Assembly (NCBI GenBank): GCA_050010515.1
Contig: JBEKKX010000024.1
Span: forward strand, 1-35,388
DNA from: Candidatus Bathyarchaeia archaeon
Lineage (GTDB): Archaea > Thermoproteota > Bathyarchaeia > Bathyarchaeales > Bathycorpusculaceae
DNA length: 35,388 nucleotides
Reading direction: 5' to 3'
Part shown: positions 27,553 to 35,388 of the stretch, piece by piece
Numbering within the stretch: the stretch's first letter is position 1
Layout of the letters: each line of letters opens with the position of its first letter
Notes under the pieces: model-generated
Told to the model about the DNA's origin: nothing
Database searches by the model: none
Seen by the model: the letters and a program-made list of their open reading frames with translations, nothing else
Translations under genes and position numbers: made by a program

Positions 27553-29421
27553 TTAGCTTCTTAGTCTGCTCAAGCTTTTATCAACAAATTCTATTTTTAG
27601 CTTACTTAGTGTCTCGGACGTAGGTATGCCGTTTTGGTCCCATCCTGCTTGCTCATAGTATTGCCGCACTTTCTGTTTCACGCTTGCCTTGTCAGCGGCT
27701 TGTCCCTTGCAGGGTCCTGAAGGCAGAGGCTCGTAGAACCTCTCTGGGTTGTCATCGTCAACTTTCGGGTTCCATTTTAAGTCAGGTCCGCCGAGAAGCA
27801 GAAGAGCACGCTGTATCTGTAGCGTTTTCATTCCGCCGCCGTTTAGCCATCCTTTGCGACTTAAGCTTTTACCTGTGACTGCATTGTAGAATTCATATCT
27901 AAAGTTTGGCGATATGCTAAATGAAGTGAAAATGCACATTACTGCTGAATCGTTGAATATTTGCCAAATCTCACTGCCCCATCCGTCGATGGGCAAGTCA
28001 GTCATGGATGAGTGGTCGCCGCCCTGTACGCTGCAGGCGTAGCCTATTTCTCGTGAGAAGTCTCTTCCGCTTCGGATGCCGTGCGCGCCGATACTGATGC
28101 CTTTGCTAGTCACAGTGTAAGGCAGGAGGTTTTTGCCTTTCAATTTTCCAAGCTTAAGTGCTGCTCGGTATGTGCCTTCAGCCAGCAAGTCACCTATGCC
28201 TTCTCTGTACGCGATTTTCTTTGCCAAAGCGGCAAAAGCGTCAACGTCGCCCCATTTCAACTCTAAACCATCCAGTTCAGCCTTGGTTAAGATACCGCGT
28301 TGGAACAGTTCAGCCGCGAAACCCATGACGCTTCCTGCTTGGATGCCGCACATGCCTAAATCTTCAATAAGCGAGGACAAGTACACGTTCTCTTCAGGCG
28401 TAAACAAACCCAAATTTGGACCCAGAAAAGCCTGCAACTCATAATCAGGATTATCCGTTATGGCGCCTTTGTATTTGCCTGAGCGGATGCAGCTAATTTT
28501 CAAGCAGTTTGTGGGGCACCCGAAATCGCTCCATGCAGGTTTTACCCAAACTTTGTTCTCAAACTGATCCACGCCGTAGCTCCTTTGGTCATGCCACTCT
28601 TCCTGCCAATTGCGAACAGGCTCAGAACTGGTTTCAGCGCCGAAACTATAGCCACCTCCACCAGTTCCCCATCTGCGCCACAACACGTTAGCGTAAGAAC
28701 CTTTGCAGACATCATCAATCATTTGCTTGATTTTCTCCAAATCTGCGGCTTCAGGCAGCGGCCCTGTGCCTTTAACCGCCACTGCTTTGAGGTTTTTTGA
28801 CCCCATAACTGCGCCGTAGCCACCGTAGCCAGCCGCATGAGTCCACTTAGCCACAACAACCGATGTGCGAACTTTCCGTTCACCAGCAGGTCCAATATAC
28901 AGTTTAGCTGGCTCCTTCCAAACACCCACATGCGGATAACGCTCAGCCAACAAGCGTCGGCATTCACGGTTCAACAAAGCGTCAGTTTGTTTGCCCTCTT
29001 TGCCCCAGATGCTGCTGGCATCCCTGAGCTCCACATCAGAATCCTTAATGAATAGGTAAACTGGTTTCTCAGCTTTTCCTGAGACGATTATGCCGTCGTA
29101 ACCTGCGCATCGAAGTTCCACCCCGAATTCGCCGCCAACCGTGGAGCCTACCGTACCGTTGCTTTGTGGTGATTTGCCTGTTACGCAGGTTCTGCCGCCT
29201 GGGAAATACCCCGTGAAAGGTCCGGGCATAAAAAGCAGGATGTTTTCAGGTCCAAGCGGGTCAACGTTCTCCCATTTGTGGATGAGCCTTTCGCTTAGGA
29301 TTTTTGCGGCTAGCGCTCTTCCTCCCATATAGTCTTTAAGCCATTCTTCGGGAAGCGTTGTGTTTTTGAAGCTTGATTTTGAAAGGTCTACTTCTAAGAA
29401 TTTTCCAGCGTAACCGAGCAT
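27553..29421 (-). CDS. Tungsten aldehyde:ferredoxin oxidoreductase family, WOR5-like large subunit
   Basis: GYAGKFLEVDL, KSPQ, GYDG, GAVMGSKNLKAV, DYE; HAAGYGGYG and DFGCPTNC motifs. Confidence 0.92.
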   Translation of the reverse strand: MLGYAGKFLEVDLSKSSFKNTTLPEEWLKDYMGGRALAAKILSERLIHKWENVDPLGPENILLFMPGPFTGYFPGGRTCVTGKSPQSNGTVGSTVGGEFGVELRCAGYDGIIVSGKAEKPVYLFIKDSDVELRDASSIWGKEGKQTDALLNRECRRLLAERYPHVGVWKEPAKLYIGPAGERKVRTSVVVAKWTHAAGYGGYGAVMGSKNLKAVAVKGTGPLPEAADLEKIKQMIDDVCKGSYANVLWRRWGTGGGGYSFGAETSSEPVRNWQEEWHDQRSYGVDQFENKVWVKPAWSDFGCPTNCLKISCIRSGKYKGAITDNPDYELQAFLGPNLGLFTPEENVYLSSLIEDLGMCGIQAGSVMGFAAELFQRGILTKAELDGLELKWGDVDAFAALAKKIAYREGIGDLLAEGTYRAALKLGKLKGKNLLPYTVTSKGISIGAHGIRSGRDFSREIGYACSVQGGDHSSMTDLPIDGWGSEIWQIFNDSAVMCIFTSFSISPNFRYEFYNAVTGKSLSRKGWLNGGGMKTLQIQRALLLLGGPDLKWNPKVDDDNPERFYEPLPSGPCKGQAADKASVKQKVRQYYEQAGWDQNGIPTSETLSKLKIEFVDKSLSRLRS

Positions 29422-29960
29422 TAAAGGAATTCCTCCGCTTTTTCGCCGTACAACTTAATGGCAAGGTTTCTAGCAGTCTCCTCAGGAGTACGCGCATAAA
29501 GCTTGAACTCGTGATCTTCACGGTCAACGGCTTTTAAGCAGTTCCAGCCGCCTTCCTGGCAGACTTTGGTGCACTGCGGGTCGCCGCCACACAGGTCACA
29601 GATCAAAATCTTCTTACTCTGAGGGTGAACATGCGGAACTTTACCTGGACAGGCATCAATGCATTTGCCACAGCCCGTGCACTTATCCACGTTAACGGTG
29701 ACAGCGCTGGTTTCTTTGTTTACGGCAAGAGCTTTGAACGGGCAAGCCTCAACGCATGGATAGTCCTCGCACTGCGTGCATAAGTGTGGAAATTCTGCGC
29801 CTGGAACAAGCATAAACACGCGAACTCTCGACGCTTCAGGCCAGATTTTATTTTCATGATGCAGAGAGCAGGCGATTTCGCATTTGCGGCAGCCACTGCA
29901 TCTTGCGAATTCTCGGCTTATCCAGATCGGATTAGTATTCTTTACTGTATTTTCTACCAT
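29421..29960 (-). CDS. Multi-[4Fe-4S] electron-transfer subunit of the tungsten oxidoreductase
   Basis: CSGCRKCEIAC, CTQCEDYPCVEAC, CTGCGKCIDAC, CDLCGGDPQCTKVC; stop overlaps the large-subunit start by 1 bp. Confidence 0.92.
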   Translation of the reverse strand: MVENTVKNTNPIWISREFARCSGCRKCEIACSLHHENKIWPEASRVRVFMLVPGAEFPHLCTQCEDYPCVEACPFKALAVNKETSAVTVNVDKCTGCGKCIDACPGKVPHVHPQSKKILICDLCGGDPQCTKVCQEGGWNCLKAVDREDHEFKLYARTPEETARNLAIKLYGEKAEEFL

Positions 29961-30086
29961 TCTTTATAACTCCCTACTTTTAAGTAGAAAAATGTTTTGG
30001 AAATCTATGACTCATCCTCGGGTATTAATTCTGAGCTAAATAATTGCAAATAGGAAAGGATTCGACCCCAATTACTGTAAATACGG

Positions 30087-30233
30087 TTACTTGCATTTGC
30101 GATTGTAGGAATCCATTTCTTTTATTATTCTTGCCAACAGGTTTGGTTCAATTCTTAAGCCTTTGCGCACAAGAGTTAGCTCTGTTTCTTTTGCCTCTAC
30201 ATTATCTAATAAATCACATCGAAGAGCAGCCAT
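30087..30233 (-). CDS. Possible 48 aa hypothetical protein downstream of the tRNA
   Basis: ATG at 30233 preceded by AGGAG; MAALRCDLLDNVEAKETELTLVRKGLRIEPNLLARIIKEMDSYNRKCK; no recognisable motif. Confidence 0.3.
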   Translation of the reverse strand: MAALRCDLLDNVEAKETELTLVRKGLRIEPNLLARIIKEMDSYNRKCK

Positions 30234-30295
30234 TATTACGTAAAGTACTCCTTTAGCTTTTAGGCCCCATGCTTCAGCAAAACAGCATAATAAAA

Positions 30296-30440
30296 TGGCG
30301 CCGGGGAAGGGATTCGAACCCTTGCGAGCACGAGGCCCACTGGCTGGCTTGCCCACTTTGTGCAATGTTGGATCTCGAATCTGGTCCTCACACATTGATT
30401 GCGAGGAAGGCCAGCGCATTAACCACTCTGCCACCCCGGC
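30296..30440 (-). tRNA. tRNA-Ser(CGA) with two introns (32/33 and 37/38) and encoded CCA
   Basis: Acceptor GCCGGGG/CCCCGGC, T-arm AAGGG-TTCGAAT-CCCTT, long variable arm, discriminator G; removing 30379-30408 and 30346-30373 gives CTGGC-CTCGAGA-GCCAG and an 87-nt tRNA. Confidence 0.9.
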
Positions 30441-30848
30441 TTGAATACAACGTTGCTTCTGCAGTGTAAAAACATTTCCAGCCTAAAACAAAGTTGCATT
30501 TGACTCTAAAAAAGTCTGGGTTTCATCTCCATGAAAAGGAACCTGTTAAATAAAAAAACTGTTCTGACTGGAAATTGCGCACCTGAATTCTGTGATCAAG
30601 AAGGCGGGATAGGGTATCAATTTAGCAACTGAATTTCTATAACAAAATTGAAACTAGCGAAGAGCATCGGGACAACTCGTAAATGCCTAAGTCAAAAGCC
30701 GACCCGAAAAATAATCAACCCATAAACCCCAACTGCTCAAAGATCAACAAATTTGGCTGGACACTTAAATGTGCCTTGCTTTCTTATTTTTAATGGTAAC
30801 GTTTATAACGTTATTTTCTATTTGCTTAGGGCGCGAAGCTGAAGTAGA

Positions 30849-31862
30849 ATGGGACATCGTAAAACTCATGCTCCAAAACATGGTTCACTTGCTTATTTAC
30901 CTAGGAAACGCGCTAAAAAACCAGTTGCGCGAATCCGTTATTGGCCAGAAATAAAATCTGATTCTCCAAAACTTTTAGGTTTTTCAGCCTACAAGGCAGG
31001 CATGACTTATGTCTTCACTATTGAAGACCGTAAACGTTCACCTCACTTTGGAAAAGAAGTCATGAAAGCCGCAACCATACTAGAAACGCCACCTATACTT
31101 GTCTGTGGCATGCGAACTTACACCAAAACACCCTATGGACTCCAGAACATTTCGGAAGCATGGATGAAAGAGCCGCCAGCAATCCTTGACCGAACCCTGG
31201 TTCTTCCAGAAAACTTTAACACCGAAGCGATGCTTGAGAAAATCCAGCAAAACCTCAACGTAACATCCGCAATCCGAGTCATCACAGCAACTCAACCATC
31301 TCAAACCAGCCTCTCAAAGAAAAAGCCTGAAACATCTGAAATCCAAATCGGCGGAGGCACAATTCAGCAGCAGTTTGAATATGCCAAGCAACTTATAGGC
31401 AAAACGGTAGCACCTGAAGAAGTATTCAAAGACGGACAATACATAGACATTGGAGGAATCACAGCTGGAAAAGGCTTCCAAGGACCAGTAAAACGTTGGG
31501 GAGTAACCATCCTGCAGCACAAGGGAAGAAAAACAAAACGCGGCATCGCCACTTTAGGTCCATGGAATCCGCACCACCTAATGTACTCAATCCCAAGAGC
31601 AGGACAGATGGGCTATCACCAACGCATAGAATTCAACAAACGCATACTAAAAATCGGCAAGGACGGCAAAGAAGTAACAGTTAAAGGCGGATACATCCGA
31701 TATGGGGAAGTAAAAGGACCATACATACTAATCGAAGGCAGCATCCCCGGAACAGAAAAACGCCAAATTCGCTTGCGTGTTCCTGCACGCCCGCCCAGAG
31801 AAATCCCTGAGGCAGCACCACAAATCACATATGTATCGCTGGAATCTCCACAAGGAAAATAG
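30849..31862 (+). CDS. rpl3: 50S ribosomal protein L3
   Basis: HGSLAYLPRKRA, YKAGMT, GKGFQGPVKRWG, RAGQMGYHQR. Confidence 0.98.
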   Translation: MGHRKTHAPKHGSLAYLPRKRAKKPVARIRYWPEIKSDSPKLLGFSAYKAGMTYVFTIEDRKRSPHFGKEVMKAATILETPPILVCGMRTYTKTPYGLQNISEAWMKEPPAILDRTLVLPENFNTEAMLEKIQQNLNVTSAIRVITATQPSQTSLSKKKPETSEIQIGGGTIQQQFEYAKQLIGKTVAPEEVFKDGQYIDIGGITAGKGFQGPVKRWGVTILQHKGRKTKRGIATLGPWNPHHLMYSIPRAGQMGYHQRIEFNKRILKIGKDGKEVTVKGGYIRYGEVKGPYILIEGSIPGTEKRQIRLRVPARPPREIPEAAPQITYVSLESPQGK

Positions 31863-31873
31863 GTTGAAAAGCC

Positions 31874-32668
31874 ATGGCTAAACAAAAAAAAGCAGAGATT
31901 TTTGACTTAAAAGGCGAATCAACAGGGAAAATAACACTTCCCAAAATATTCTCAACACCGCTAAGACCAGACGTAATAAAACGTGCAGTGCTAGCCATAC
32001 AATCCAGCAGTATACAACCGCAAGGCAGAGATCCTATGGCTGGAAAAAGAACCACTGCAGAATCACGCGGAACAGGCAGCGCAATTGCAAGAGTTCCCCG
32101 CATCAAAGGTGGCAGTGGAAGAGCAGCTTTTGCTCCAAGCACAGTTAAAGGAAGGCAACCTCACCCGCCAAGAGCTGAAAAGAAAATCCTAAAAAGCATA
32201 CCAAAGAAAGAGGCTAAACTAGCATTATTTTCAGCGATTGCAGCTACTGCGCAAAAAGACACAGTGGCTTCACGCGGTCACAAGATCGAAAATGTCCTCA
32301 AGATACCCTTGATAGTTGACAACGCTATTGAAGGTTTAACGAAGGCTAAAGAAGTCGAGGAAACCCTCACAAGCTTAGGTATCATACAAGACATTACCCG
32401 AGTGCGGGACAGCCGAAAAATCCGCGCAGGCAAGGGCAAGCATAGAGGAAGAAAAATGAAGCAAGCCGTTGGACCGCTTATTGTGGTGGTTGAGAATAAA
32501 GGCTTAGTGAACGCTGCAAGTAATGTTCCAGGCGTTGACGTTACTACGGTTGCCAATCTTAATACTGAAATGTTGGCGCCAGGAACTCATCCAGGGCGAT
32601 TAACGTTATGGACCAATGGCGCTATTGAAAGATTAGATAAACTCTACGGCGAAGGAGAAAGTGCATAA
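31874..32668 (+). CDS. rpl4: 50S ribosomal protein L4
   Basis: RPDVIKRAV, TTAESRGTG, RAGKGK, LAPGTHPGRLT. Confidence 0.98.
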   Translation: MAKQKKAEIFDLKGESTGKITLPKIFSTPLRPDVIKRAVLAIQSSSIQPQGRDPMAGKRTTAESRGTGSAIARVPRIKGGSGRAAFAPSTVKGRQPHPPRAEKKILKSIPKKEAKLALFSAIAATAQKDTVASRGHKIENVLKIPLIVDNAIEGLTKAKEVEETLTSLGIIQDITRVRDSRKIRAGKGKHRGRKMKQAVGPLIVVVENKGLVNAASNVPGVDVTTVANLNTEMLAPGTHPGRLTLWTNGAIERLDKLYGEGESA

Positions 32669-32928
32669 TGGACAGCAACGAAGTTATATCTTACCCGTTA
32701 ATGACTGAATCCGCAAGCTTAATGGTTGAACGGGATAACAAACTCATATTCGTAGTTAACTTAAAAGCAGGAAAAAGCGACGTGAAACACGCTGTTGAGG
32801 AACTTTATGAAGTTAAAGTAAGCAAAGTAAATCTGCTAATCACTCCTCAAGGCGAGAAAAAAGCCTTTGTGAAGCTTACCCCTGAATTCAAGGCTTCAGA
32901 CGTCGCCATTAAACTTGGAATATTGTAA
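32668..32928 (+). CDS. rpl23: 50S ribosomal protein L23
   Basis: PLMTES, NKLIFVV, GEKKAFVKL; operon position. Confidence 0.97.
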   Translation: MDSNEVISYPLMTESASLMVERDNKLIFVVNLKAGKSDVKHAVEELYEVKVSKVNLLITPQGEKKAFVKLTPEFKASDVAIKLGIL

Positions 32929-32948
32929 ATTAACAGAAGGCATGACTT

Positions 32949-33689
32949 ATGGGAAAACGAATTCGTGTTCAAAGACGCGGTCGCGGTGGACAAAACTGGC
33001 GGGCTTCAACCCACAAACGAGTTGCTCCCGCAAAGTACCCTACAATAGCACCCAAAGAATCTTTTGAGGCTTCATTAGTCGGCAAAGTGGAAGCTCTTGT
33101 ACATAATCCTGGAAGCGGCGCACCCCTGTCACTGGTTAAATTTGAAAATGGCTTATCCTGCTACACAGTTGTCCCTGAAGGCCTTTTCATAGGACAACAA
33201 ATTTGCTACGGCGGAAAAGCTCCAGCCGAAATAGGCAACATTCTTCCTTTAGGAAAAGTACCTGAAGGAACTATAGTTTGCGATTTAGAACTCCGTCCAG
33301 GAGACGGCGGCAAAATGGCGAAGTCTTCAGGCACCTACGCCACTGTTGTCGGTCACACTCCACAAGGCACAATGATACGTTTGCCTTCTGGAAGAACAAG
33401 ATACGTTAATGACTACTGCTTAACAACTGTAGGCGTAGTCTCCGCAGCTGGAAGAATCGAGAAGCCTTTCCTGAAAGCAGGATCGATGTTCCATCTAATG
33501 AAAGCTAAAGGCCACAAGTATCCGCGAGTTAGCGGACGCAAAATGGTTCCAGCATGCCATCCATATGGTAGCAGCAAACGAAGCGCTCGCAGATGCACAA
33601 CAACTTCACATGGTGCTCCACCAGGACAAAAAGTCGGGTTGATCGCTGCACGAGGTCCAGGACAGAAAAAGAAACGCGCAATCCGCTAA
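32949..33689 (+). CDS. rpl2: 50S ribosomal protein L2
   Basis: MGKRIRVQRRGRG, PGDGGK, RLPSG, APPGQKVGLIAAR. Confidence 0.97.
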   Translation: MGKRIRVQRRGRGGQNWRASTHKRVAPAKYPTIAPKESFEASLVGKVEALVHNPGSGAPLSLVKFENGLSCYTVVPEGLFIGQQICYGGKAPAEIGNILPLGKVPEGTIVCDLELRPGDGGKMAKSSGTYATVVGHTPQGTMIRLPSGRTRYVNDYCLTTVGVVSAAGRIEKPFLKAGSMFHLMKAKGHKYPRVSGRKMVPACHPYGSSKRSARRCTTTSHGAPPGQKVGLIAARGPGQKKKRAIR

Positions 33690-33742
33690 GAATTGGCAGA
33701 AGGTTTATAGCGTTTAATATGAGTTTAAGGTGAAGATGAAAA

Positions 33743-34147
33743 ATGCCCAAAGAATTTAGTTACCGCGGACACAATTTGAGCAGTTTGATAAGCATGTCTA
33801 TGGATGAATTCATTAACCTGCTTCCTTCACGACAAAGACGAAGCCTACAACGCGGTTTAACTCCTGAACAGCGCATACTGCTGGAGAAGCTTCGTGAAGC
33901 TAAAGAAGCCCAAAAACAAGGCAAAGAAGTCAACCTTAAAACTCACGTACGTGACCTCATTATTCTGCCAGAAATGGTTGGCATAAAAATTCAGATACAC
34001 AACGGCAAAGAATTCGTTAACGTCGAAATTAAACCTGAAATGATCGGGCATTACCTAGGCGAATTCGCAATAACTAACAAACCCGTTAGGCATGGAACAC
34101 CAGGTATCGGCGCATCACGTTCATCAATGTATGTGCCGCTAAAATAA
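33743..34147 (+). CDS. rps19: 30S ribosomal protein S19
   Basis: [36 protein letters not shown]. Confidence 0.98.
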   Translation: MPKEFSYRGHNLSSLISMSMDEFINLLPSRQRRSLQRGLTPEQRILLEKLREAKEAQKQGKEVNLKTHVRDLIILPEMVGIKIQIHNGKEFVNVEIKPEMIGHYLGEFAITNKPVRHGTPGIGASRSSMYVPLK

Positions 34148-34151
34148 ACCA

Positions 34152-34179
34152 TTTTTTACTTTTTTTAATTTGTTTTGTT
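34152..34179 (+). terminator. Oligo-T terminator after rps19
   Basis: ATTTTTTACTTTTTTTAATTTGTTTTGTT immediately after the stop, before a convergent gene. Confidence 0.55.
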
Positions 34180-34267
34180 GATGCTTTTGTATACAGCGTA
34201 TTGATATGGTTCTATAACTAGCGCTTTGAGTTTTAAAATTAGGAAGGATTAAAAGGGGATTGAATAG

Positions 34268-34696
34268 TTAAGCGCTGTAGTCTCTTCCTTCAGGTTTAGA
34301 GCTTGGCTGTTTTCCAGCTTCAGGAATCTGCGGTAGCGGAACCGGCGGCGGAATATTTAATATTCTTGATATGAGCACTGATTCAATGAAGACAACGTTG
34401 GATACTGATTGAATAATTATTTGTGGTGGCGGCTTTTTTTGTTCATAGTCTTTGAGAGTTTTTTCAATTTCGTTTTTCTCGCCGGTAACGTAAGCATTCC
34501 CTTTTAGACTCATTTGAGCGATAGATGGATTAAACGCGATTGACAGGACAAACGGTACTTCCAAAGATTCATCCTGTTTCTTTTCCATACCAACAACGTT
34601 AATGTTAGTATTTATCTGAATTGGCGGGATTGGCTTCCTTATATCCCAAAAGCGTTCAGCAGTAATACTGGTTATTACGACGTTAATTCTAAGCAT
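34268..34696 (-). CDS. Archaeal SecB-like fold hypothetical protein
   Basis: 142 aa; four beta strands, then helices, ending in LNIPPPVPLP, resembling SecB-superfamily architecture. Confidence 0.6.
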   Translation of the reverse strand: MLRINVVITSITAERFWDIRKPIPPIQINTNINVVGMEKKQDESLEVPFVLSIAFNPSIAQMSLKGNAYVTGEKNEIEKTLKDYEQKKPPPQIIIQSVSNVVFIESVLISRILNIPPPVPLPQIPEAGKQPSSKPEGRDYSA

Positions 34697-34741
34697 TTCG
34701 GGTCATCAGAACCTAATCGTAAAAGGGAGATTTAAAACTGT

Positions 34742-35038
34742 TTATTTCTGTTTGTAACGAGTAAAACCGCAGTGACCACAAGTGTACCTGTCATGGTGAT
34801 CTGCCATGAAGTATCCTGCTCCACAACGCTCGCAGGTTGGGCGTGCTCTACTAACCTTGTTATCTTCAACTTTGTACATTGCATGAACTCCCTTTTCTTC
34901 TCGGTGCTTCTTTTCATGTTTTGCTTTCTCAGCTTTTTGCGGTTTTGGCGCTGCTTCCGCGGTTGCCGCTGGTTTCGCCTCTTCCTTTGGCGCTGCTGCT
35001 GGTTTGTCTTCTTTCTTTGGTGGTACTTTCTTGGACAT
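34742..35038 (-). CDS. rps27ae: 30S ribosomal protein S27ae with low-complexity N-terminal extension
   Basis: YKVEDNKV..CERCGAGYFMADHHDRYTCGHCG. Confidence 0.96.
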   Translation of the reverse strand: MSKKVPPKKEDKPAAAPKEEAKPAATAEAAPKPQKAEKAKHEKKHREEKGVHAMYKVEDNKVSRARPTCERCGAGYFMADHHDRYTCGHCGFTRYKQK

Positions 35039-35349
35039 TATGCTGTCGCCTCTTCTTTAGGCTTTTCAGGTGGACTGTTACGTTTCCTGATGTATTCGGG
35101 TTCTACTACTTTAGCCTGCTCAACTGTTTGGTACACGTTAGCAACTCCTTGTGTGATGTTCGTTCCCGTTTTTGTGTGCATTCTTTTAACGAAAACTACT
35201 TCGTCGCCAATTTTCATTTCAGTGGCTAGGGCTTTTTTTACTTCTAGCCTCGGAGGAGTTTTTTCTTTTGGACCTTGAATAATAGTGAAGCCTACTTCTT
35301 TCCTTTTCAGAAGCGGGTTATTCTTGGTTGATTCTATTTTGATTTGCAT
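35038..35349 (-). CDS. rps24e: 30S ribosomal protein S24e
   Basis: NPLLKRKEV, TPPRLEV, TKTG, VEPEYI; adjacent to S27ae as usual. Confidence 0.96.
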   Translation of the reverse strand: MQIKIESTKNNPLLKRKEVGFTIIQGPKEKTPPRLEVKKALATEMKIGDEVVFVKRMHTKTGTNITQGVANVYQTVEQAKVVEPEYIRKRNSPPEKPKEEATA

Positions 35350-35388
35350 TAATATTCACTTAAGGCGTAAGTTCATACAGTTTTCTTC

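Noticed and set aside
30087-30469. 115 aa (-) and 66 aa (+) ORFs across the tRNA
   Set aside because: They run through the tRNA-Ser gene; only the distal 48 codons might be real.
30441-30848. Integrated element or att site next to the tRNA
   Set aside because: No integrase and no duplicated tRNA end seen in the window.
34772-35278. 168 aa and 116 aa + strand ORFs, and other short antisense ORFs in the track
   Set aside because: Antisense or off-frame to well-supported genes, with no motifs.

Overview
Archaeal chromosomal segment, most consistent with Bathyarchaeia. This is an inference: both PolD subunits plus Elf1 point to non-crenarchaeal TACK or Asgard archaea, and the anaerobic tungsten oxidoreductase and protein style favour Bathyarchaeia. 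The window contains the replication origin: three ORB boxes and AT-rich tracts directly upstream of cdc6/orc1, with PolD DP1 and DP2 nearby. Housekeeping genes include Elf1, GGGP synthase, Sec61beta, NadE plus a separate glutaminase-type subunit, PyrE, AhcY, PhoU and ribosomal proteins L3-L4-L23-L2-S19, S27ae and S24e. The most notable unexplained element abuts oriC. It consists of three uncharacterised DNA-binding proteins, one a membrane-anchored coiled-coil winged-helix protein, interleaved with dense, partly palindromic GTGAY/RTCAC repeat arrays, and is a candidate origin-to-membrane tethering or segregation system with no ParA in the window. Also present are a two-intron tRNA-Ser(CGA) with its anticodon on a 5-nt micro-exon, a radical SAM/SPASM enzyme with a large unexplained N-terminal fusion followed by an orphan TrkA-C fragment, a WOR5-like tungsten oxidoreductase pair, and a split kinase/PHP/kinase module. 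No CRISPR array, transposase or integrase was seen. All family calls come from motif recognition by eye, not database searches.
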